A stretch of 64,000 bases of DNA from Antechinus flavipes (Eukaryota): NCBI RefSeq assembly GCF_016432865.1, contig NC_067402.1, positions 2,046,001 through 2,110,000 on the forward strand, given 5' to 3'. The notes beneath the pieces are model-generated. The model worked only from the letters and a program-made list of their open reading frames with translations. It ran no database searches and was not told the DNA's origin. Positions 55,231-64,000 of this stretch are shown piece by piece (position 1 is the first letter of the stretch; each line of letters starts with the position of its first letter). The translations under genes and the position numbers were made by a program.

Positions 55231-56404
55231 ATTATTATAAATACCCAAATCAACTACAAAGGATCTAGGGAGGAACGCACTATCTACATCCACAAAAAGA
55301 ACTGATAAATAGCAGAGTGCAGAATGGTTTTACATGCATACATACACACACATGCACCAACACATATATATGTATATATGTATGTACACACACATTTATA
55401 CACATATATTTGTGTCTAACAGCCATCTGTAGGGCGGGGCATTTGAGGAGGGAAGGAAAGTAGATTAAAGTTGCACAGCAGAGAACAAAAGGAAACGTAG
55501 AAGGAAAGCCGAGGAGCTTTGAAAATCACCAGAGCTACTTATACAGATTTTCAAAAACAGACAACTGAAATGTAAATTCGTGGCTTTGCAGGGAATCCTC
55601 CTTTTAGGGTGTGCCGAACTCTTATGTCCTTTTTTTGTCTATATATTTTAAGTTTGAAATGAAAAAAGTTTAAATTATTTAAGAAGCTGATGAAAATGAA
55701 AATGAAAAGAAACGAAAGTGACCGGGGAATCTGGAAGAGGCGGGGCTGGGTGATGGAGTTGGGGGGGGGGGGTCTCATCAGCGGCCAAGCTGGGGTCTGG
55801 AGATGAGCAGAGATGTTTACAGGAGGCTCCGGCACAAAGCCCTGCAGGGTGCCCGCCGCCAGGCCCCAGGGTATTTTCAGCAAGTCTGGTTCTCCGTGAC
55901 TCCATTTGGCAGAGGTGCTTGGGGGGTTTGCCATTTCCTTCTCCTGCACATTTTACAGATTGAGAAATGGAGGTAGATGGGAATGCTGGGGCCTGATGCC
56001 CCCTAGTGCCGGTAGAGTCCCTGGGAAGCCATGCTGGTGCTCCCACTTATCCAAGGCTTGGTGCTCCCCCTGAGCTAATCCAGAAACCTTTTCTGGATCC
56101 CCCCCTCCCATCTCAGCTTATTCTGTTTGGACTCGGCTCTGGGTGTGTTGTCCCTTGATCCTCTCTGCCCTCAGTCCAAGGGAAGGTCCTGGAGGTTTGT
56201 CTTTATGTCCTCAGCCCAAGAAAGTAGATGCTTTAAATCGGCTTGGATCCTCGTCCCCTTTCACCTCTGACCCATGGCCTGGCCTCCCTCCCCATTATTT
56301 CTTGGACAGTGCCGATCTGGAGAGAATATCCCCTTTGTTCAGGGCATGGGCCAGTTCCAGATGAGTTCTTCCACACCTTCATACCTGGTGGAAATTCTGT
56401 GTGT

Positions 56405-57290
56405 TTCAAATTTTTTTTAAATTAAATTTTATTTTTTATTATAGCTTTTTATTGACAAAACATATGCATGAGTAATTTTTCAACATTGACCCCTGCAAAA
56501 CCTTCTGTTCCAACTTTTTCCCTACTTCCCCCAATCTCTCCCCCGATGGCAGGTAGTCCCATACATGTTACACATGTTAAAATATATGTTAAATCCAATA
56601 TATGTATACATATTTATATAGTTATCTTGTTGCACAGGAAAGATCGGATTTAGAAAGAAGGTAAAAATAACCTGAGAAGAAAAAATGCAAGGAAACAGTA
56701 ACAGAAAGAGTGCAAATGCTATGTTGTGGTCCACACTCATTTCCCAGAGTTCTTTCACTGGGTATAGCTGGTTCAGTTCATTACTGCTCTATTGGAATGG
56801 ATTTGGTTCATCTCATTGCTGAAGAGGGCCACGTCCATCAGAATTGATCATCATATAATCTTGTTGTTGTGTACAGTAATCTCCTGGTTCTGCTCATTTC
56901 CCTCAGCATCAGTTCCTGTAAGTCTCTCCAGGCCTTTCTGAAATCATCCTGTTGGTCATTTTTTACCAAACAATAATATTCCATAATATCCATATACCAT
57001 AACTTATTCAACCATTCTCCAATTGATGGGCAGCCACTCAGTTTTCAGTTTCTAGGGCCGCCACAAACATTTTGCACATGTGGGAACCTTTCCCTCCTTT
57101 AAGATCTCTTTGGGTATAAGCCCAGTAGAAACACTGTTGGGTCAAAGGGTGTATGATTTGGTAGCTATTTGGGAATAGTTCCAGATTGCTCTCCAGAATG
57201 GTTGGATCTGTTTACAACTCCACCAACAATGTATCAGCCTCCCGGTTTCCCCACATCCCCTCCAACATTTGTTGACATCTTTTCCTGTCG
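56405..57290 (-). mobile_element. Relatively young L1 3' end (poly-T at left)
   Basis: TTTTTATTGACAAAACATATGCATGAGTAATTTTTCAACATTGACCC...TTGCTCTCCAGAATGGTTGGATC; same family as 53721-54210, opposite strand. Confidence 0.9.
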
Positions 57291-59999
57291 CCTGATGGGG
57301 ATTCTCAAGAAGCTGCCTTTGGATGTGTCGGCAGAGCCTGTGCCTGGTGACCCTCATGCTGTTCCCTGACAACATGAGGAAGCTGCCATTTTGCCTCAGT
57401 AGCCTGGCTCCTTTTGGAGATTTCCTAAATGCAGTTTTTGCATGGAGTGATTTTCTTTTCGTGATCATGCTCTAGGTCCAGGGGACTGGTAACCATATGG
57501 ACTTCTGATTGCTTCCAGTAGGAGAGACTTAGGAAATAGGAACGGGACGATCTCTTTTTTCCTCATCGATCCTTGTAGCTGATGGGAATGGTGGGGTGAT
57601 CAGGAGGCAGCCTTTTCCCGAGAGAGACTCGTGTGTCTGCGTGTGCGGTCAGTGCCGCCGTTTGCGAGTTTGGTGTAGACGGCGCCATGGCCACGCCAGG
57701 AGTTTTGCTTTTTTTCTGTGATTGCAGTGGGCCGCCCCCTTGGGACACCCGGAGAGGCCCTGGTCTGGGCTTTGGCAGGTCCGGGCAGTCCGGCCCATTC
57801 TCTGGCCGAGTAGACTCCGGGCTCGGGTGCACCCGTAAGTGGGCGTTTCAGAGGGGGTCCTCGTGGAAGGAGCAGGAATTCTCCAGACCCACTCAGGGAC
57901 TCGGGCAGGAGGCCCCTTGTCGTAGAGCTGGCTTTCTCTGGGGCATTTTGCTCAGCACAGAGGACCTTCATCAGGATACCACTGGGGAGACCCTCTCCAA
58001 AACACTGACACCCTTGGGGCCGGGACTGCTTTTTCCAGCCTCGAAGCTGCCCCTGCGCTTGGTCCTCAGAGCCCTCTGCAAGCCCGGCCCAGCGCCTGGG
58101 GGCCGGGCCTTTCTCGGCTGATGTGGGGTGCCCCCGCCCTGCCAGGGTGGCCGTCCAGCCTCTGCTCTGGCTGCTCCTCCCCCCGCCGGACTCCACTTAG
58201 TCCCTAAGCTCAGGAAGTCCTCAGGAAGGACTTGGGATGCTTGAGATGCAGGCTGACTAACGGAGGGAATCCCAGGAGGGCTGACGCCACCTTCCAAGGT
58301 TATTGCTTTGTTGAGGGAAGCTGGTCTCCAGCCCGGTCCCCTTCCCCAGCGGCTCCCGGCCTTTCTGATGCGTCCCAGACGATGCTTTCTGGCGCTCGCT
58401 TCTCCCTCAGCCTCCCTTTGGGGGCGCTGTGGAGACCTCTTGTCTCCTATCCAGCTTCTGGGGAGGGGATGACAGATGGCCTTTTCATGGGAGAGACGAC
58501 CTTGGATCTGTCCTGGTTCCCTCTGTGCCGTCCTTAGGTTGGATGGACGTCCGGCCGAGGCCGGTTATTTTCCTTCCACGGTTTTGGCCGTGCTCCTGCT
58601 TGTCAGGGAGGACGACGGAGCTGTGCCCACCGGATCTTGCGCAGCGCATCCTCCGTGTGCCCAGGTGAATTCTAACGCCGCCAGACCGGCGAAAGGCCAG
58701 CTTGGGCATGGCCACTTACTGGAGAGGCTTCTGGGGTTTGGCGGGGTAATCCACCTGCCAGGTGAGGAGGAGCCACAGAGCTACATCTGAATCTTTCAGG
58801 TCAAATAATAGTCTCAAAACCAGGAACCCCCGGGCAGAGCCGAGCCCCCGTGTTCAGTGCGAGAGAGCCGGACTTGGCGCCGGCTGCCCGTGGAGGCCGA
58901 TCTTGGGGCTCTCTTGGTCTTGGGGAGCTTGTTCCCCCCCATTCTATAGGGAGGCATCAGCCCTGAGCGTTCGGGGCTGGAGCCCGGTGGGAAAGTGCTG
59001 CAGACTCTTCCCTTTGATGTCTCCAGGGAAACTCGTTCCCAGTTTACTGTGTACGGGGGAACCGTCCTGGCAACGGGCATTAGTAGCATGGCATGGTACT
59101 CGCAGTTCCACGGTGCCTCCAAGTTAAGGTGCTTTGTAGAAATTCCCTTTTATCCTTCCGACCACAGTCACTGTCTGTTTCACAGACACGGAGGCGAGCA
59201 CGTTGAGAGACGTGTCCAGGATGACATCAGTAGCCGGTCTCGGCTTTGGATTCAGATTCTGCGGGTCCGGAGTCTTGGGCCCAGCCTATATGGGGCAGAA
59301 AAAGGGACTTTCAGGTTCTCTGGCGGCCTGCAGGGGCTCAGTCTTTTCTTGTGGACTTAGTAGGCCGGAGTAGACACTGGTCAGGCCAAATAGAAGCAGA
59401 GGTTTGTTTTCGCCACTAAGGCCAGTAGGTACTTTATTTACTTTATTGGCACCGTGCTGCCCTCCCTGTGTAAGCTTCCTGCCGTGGCTTTCTTTTCTTA
59501 TTCCTTTCTCAGGTTCTTAGATCTCCTGGTGTTTTCCAGGAAACGGCCTAGAGGTCAGCTTGGCTCTGTCTCCACGCAGGAGCTGTTGGGGTGGGGGGCG
59601 GGGCCTCTCTCTGCCAGGTACTGAGGGTACTTCCGGACTAATAGGAACACCTAATATTTTCCCTTTTGACTCATTTGAGACGAGGCAATTCCATAATAAT
59701 TAGGAAATATTTTGATTGCTCGATTCACCACTAAATAGAACCTCTAATCACGACTGTAATCAGGAAACAATTTGTTGTGCTGAAGAAATAATTAATGCAT
59801 AGCCATCTGCATTTTCCAGTGCTGCATTAAAATGCTCCAATGTCTACTTGAGGGTGAGGAGACAGAGGACAGAGGCAAAGTTGGGCGCTGACCGTGGTGG
59901 GAGCAGAATATGAACAGAAGCTTTGAAAAGGGAGATGGGTTCTCCTTTCCTTGCCAAGAAATCCAACTTAAATGAGATGAAATTACCCCCCCCCCCCAC

Positions 60000-61260
60000 C
60001 GCCATGTTCAGATTAACAGAACAAGAAATAGAAAACTTAAATAACTGAATCACAAAAAAAGGAATTAAACCATCAATGAAATCCCAAAGAATAGTCCTTA
60101 AGGCCTAACAGACTTACAAGTAAATTTTGTCAAACATTCAAAGAGCTCATTCTAAAGCTATATATAAGCAAAAATATAAAAAAGGATCCTGCCAGTTTCC
60201 TTCTGTGATACAAATATGGTCTTCATACCTGAACCAGGGAGAATAAAAAGAGAGCGAGGAAACTTGAGCAGTATCCTAATGACCACTGAAGCAAAAGTTT
60301 TAAATAACAGATTAGTAAAGAAGCTCCAACAGCATCTAAAATAAAGATTATATCAGTTGGGCTTATACCAGGAATTCAGAGTTGGCCCAATCTTAGGAAA
60401 ACAATAAAAATAATCAACATAATAGCGACAGCAACAAATGTGATTTCGGAGGTGCAGACTCTTAACCAAATGTCATATCTATCCCTATTGAAAAATAACC
60501 ATCACATGTGTATAAAAGGTGCATCAGAAAACACAGGACTAGACCTTTTCTTGATGTGATGAAAAGTTTTTGTCTCCAACCTAGACTTCTATGTAATGAG
60601 GATGAGCGAGAAGTCTTTTTAATAAAATCAGGGGTGAAGCAAAGCTGCCATCGTCGCCACGACCATTTGGTCCAGCACTAGAGATGCTCGCTTTAGCAAT
60701 GCGATGAGAAAAATAAATTTGAGGGAATGTCAGGCAAAGAGGGAACAAAATCATTGATTCTTTTGCAAATGATATGAGGGAAATTAATGGGAATTATAAC
60801 TTCTGCAAAATTACACAATATAAAGTAAATCCCCATAAGTATTCACCACTTCATTTTGCCAATAAAACCCAGCAGGAAGGTGTTGAAAGAGAAATTCCAC
60901 TCCAGATAACCAGAGAGTATAATAAAATAGTTGAGAATCTCCCCGGGAAGGTTCACTCAGGAACTGTACGGATGCAACTAAACTAAGCATCATTTACAGA
61001 AATAAAGGTAGACCGAAATTAATATAGGAATATTAATTATTCATGGTTAGGATGAGCCAATATCATGGCAATTCCATCTCATCTATCTATTCACCCTGCC
61101 GAAAAATTACTTCATAGAGGTAGAAAAATTGGAATTCGTTTAGATCAAAGATCGGGAATCTCAAGGAAAATAATGAGAGAATAGTAGGAAGGAAAGGGAC
61201 TTGGTAAGACCTGATCTCACACTGAACACTCAAATAGTAATGAAAATGATGTCATGCTTG
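60000..61260 (+). mobile_element. L1 ORF2 relic
   Basis: AAATCAGGGGTGAAGCAAAGCTGCC, TTTGCAAATGATATG (FANDM from FADDM) and AAAGTAAATCCCCATAAG. Confidence 0.85.
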
Positions 61261-62845
61261 ATTTTAAACAAAAGTGGGTCAGTGGAACATCATCGACCCA
61301 GGGCTTCTTAAACTTCTTCCATTCACAAGCTCTTTTTGTGCGACCCCACCCCGAATGGAGCCAAGTGTTTCTGGCAGGTTCGCGTTGGATCAGATTTTGG
61401 ATTCACTGCGTGTTTGATTGTGGCTTCGTATTTGAAGCCTTTTAGGATTTTTTTTTTTTACACACACCCACCCCGCCTTCAGTTATATGTGGGATGGGAC
61501 TCACAGTTTAAATTACCGCTCAGTGCCGGGCCGAGGCAGAGAGCTGGGGACCGACGGTCAGAGAGTCCCCCGGAGGAACAGCTTGCTCAGGATCGGCACA
61601 GACTGCCAGCCCAACCGGAAGCCAGGCTGCCGGCAATGGGATTTAGACGGGGACCTCGTACCGCTCGCCAAGAGAAACTCCAAACGGAAAAGTAACGGTC
61701 ACAGAGGCATCCTGGAGCGAGTGAGAAGGCACCGGAGAGAAAATGCCCCATTATCGAATATGTGAAATAAAGCGCTTTTTGTAGAAACAGAACAGCTCAG
61801 AAGACGATGGGTACCTGCAGGGAAAACCCTGGCAGCGACTTGCTGAGAAAGGTATAGAAGGAACCAGTTAAAAGAGGTGGGAATAAAAGGCTTTCTTTTA
61901 TTTCTGAGCCATTAAAAGGACAAGAACAGGCAATTCCCCAGGGAAGAACCCAAACTACAAGAAAGAGGTGCCCCAGTCCAGCCCGGAGGGTCCAGTGAGG
62001 CTGACTGGGAGATTTCCTCCATCCCTGTGAGGTCCCCAGTTGCAGAGGCCAGCTGGACCCCCAGACCCAAGAGAACCAGAGGGGAGAGAGGAGGGTCCCC
62101 GTGCCCAAAGTCCTGAGGTGGCTGGGGAGGTGCCAGGAGGAGAGCGATGGCGGGCACAGCCTGGAGCGGCTGGGGAGCCCTTGGGGCACCCAGGTGGTGG
62201 GCAGTGGCCACGGCCAGGCTCATGCAGCCAGTGGGTGAGGGGGTTCAGACCCAGCCCTTTTGGCCCCAGAGTCTTGCCCTCAGCAGCGACCAGTTACAGA
62301 GGGTTCCAGAGTGTCTGCTGCCAGAGGCAGCCAGCCCCACGGCAGGGGTGCCCGTGGGCTCTGTTCTGGGTGCAGGGCATGAGATGGAGGGGGCAAAGGG
62401 CTTAGTCAGTGAGACGAGTAATGGCCGCTGGCTGGCGAGGAGGGGGAGAACTGGGGTCCTGCGAGCAGATGCTGGGGGCTTCTCAGTGCTTTGGAATGGG
62501 CTCTGAGGTGGGAGAGCCATGCCCCAGGGCAGGCCAGTGGGGAAGTCACTGCAGCGCTCTGGACCCCCAGCGCTAAAAAGGACCCCCAGGGACAGCGCCG
62601 GGCCAGGAGGAGACTAGTGAGGGGAGTCTCTCTTCCCTTCTCTGCTTTGTCTGATGGCCACTAGTCTTGGGGCGGGGTCTTGGTTGGGGCTGCTGAGTAG
62701 AGATCCCTCAGGCAGGGGACAGATACCAGCCCCAGGACCCTGTCCCTAGGTGGCCCCCGCTCGGCCTTCTGCCCCCCCCTTATCTTCCTTCATGACTGGG
62801 CGACGTGATTCCCCCATTTGTCTTCTGAAATTGTCCTTCTTGTAG

Positions 62846-63262
<417 letters not shown>

Positions 63263-64000
63263 TAGTGTGAACCCCCAGCGTGGCCGGGGCGCCCCGAGAA
63301 GCGCCGATCCGGCTCTCTATGCCCTTCCCACCTTAACCTCTCCCCAGGCTGGTACCAGGTACAGGGGTTGGGCTGGCTCCGTGTGCCCAGTTCCCTACTG
63401 TGCCCCCCAGCCCCACCTCTGAGTGAGCCGGAGAGATGCCAGAGTTAGCGCAGATACCCAGAGTTCCCGAGCCTCCCCAGGCCACACCAGGGAACAGCAG
63501 AAGAGCCCCAATGTCCTCAGGTAGTGTCACAGGGGGCAGAGCTCGGGCTCCCCCTCCCCTGGGATCCCCACCATGGACCCCCTGCTGGGCCCGCGGCTCC
63601 AGGCCTGCTGCCGCCTGGGACTGCTCCCTCCCAGGGGCCTTCCCGGTCTGGGTCGGACCTTACTTCAGCCCTTCCTGTCGAGGGCACAGCACAGTGGCCA
63701 AGGGAGACTGGCCAGCGATGGGTTGGGTCTTCTCTCAGGGTCTCCTATCCCACATGTGGAAATCCTCATTCATATTGGTAAGATTATAGCCATTTGCTGC
63801 CACATAAATGGCCAAAGGATATGAACAGGCAGTTTTCTTTTTTAATATGTAATTTTAATAAACACAAAAATATAGACACAAATAAGCAATAAACATTAGT
63901 ACTTACTATGTGCTAGGTACTGTGCCTGAGGGCTTTATCAATGTAATCTTGGTGCATTCTGGACTGAAGTTGTTTTTAAGTTCTTATTGATGCCTTTTTT

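Overview
Vertebrate genomic DNA, most likely a marsupial. The L1 3' ends resemble dasyuromorph L1s as I recall them, so the species call is inference. The window holds a compact, very GC/CpG-rich copy of the conserved MIOS(+) - RPA3(-) - UMAD1(+) - GLCCI1(+) block (human 7p21.3 order). MIOS (878 aa, 10 coding exons, one U12-type AT-AC intron), RPA3 (121 aa, 4 exons) and UMAD1 (127 aa, 3 coding exons) could be spliced by hand into complete, in-frame CDSs. Only the first two coding exons of GLCCI1 lie in the window. The rest is L1/MIR/L2 relics, minisatellites, three N-gaps and a few unresolved blocks. Most long ORFs in the six-frame track are antisense or low-complexity artefacts of high GC. 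Main candidates for follow-up: a perfect-Kozak uORF encoding poly(Gly-Pro) from a (GGCCCC)5 repeat in the GLCCI1 leader; the MIOS minor intron; a palindromic two-way poly(A) signal between MIOS and RPA3; a switch-region-like G-rich array in UMAD1; an L1 relic that gained CpG; a hairpin-enclosed candidate poison microexon; and a homeodomain/E-box/SOX enhancer-like cluster. Gene identities rest on my recall of the human orthologue sequences; no database search was run.
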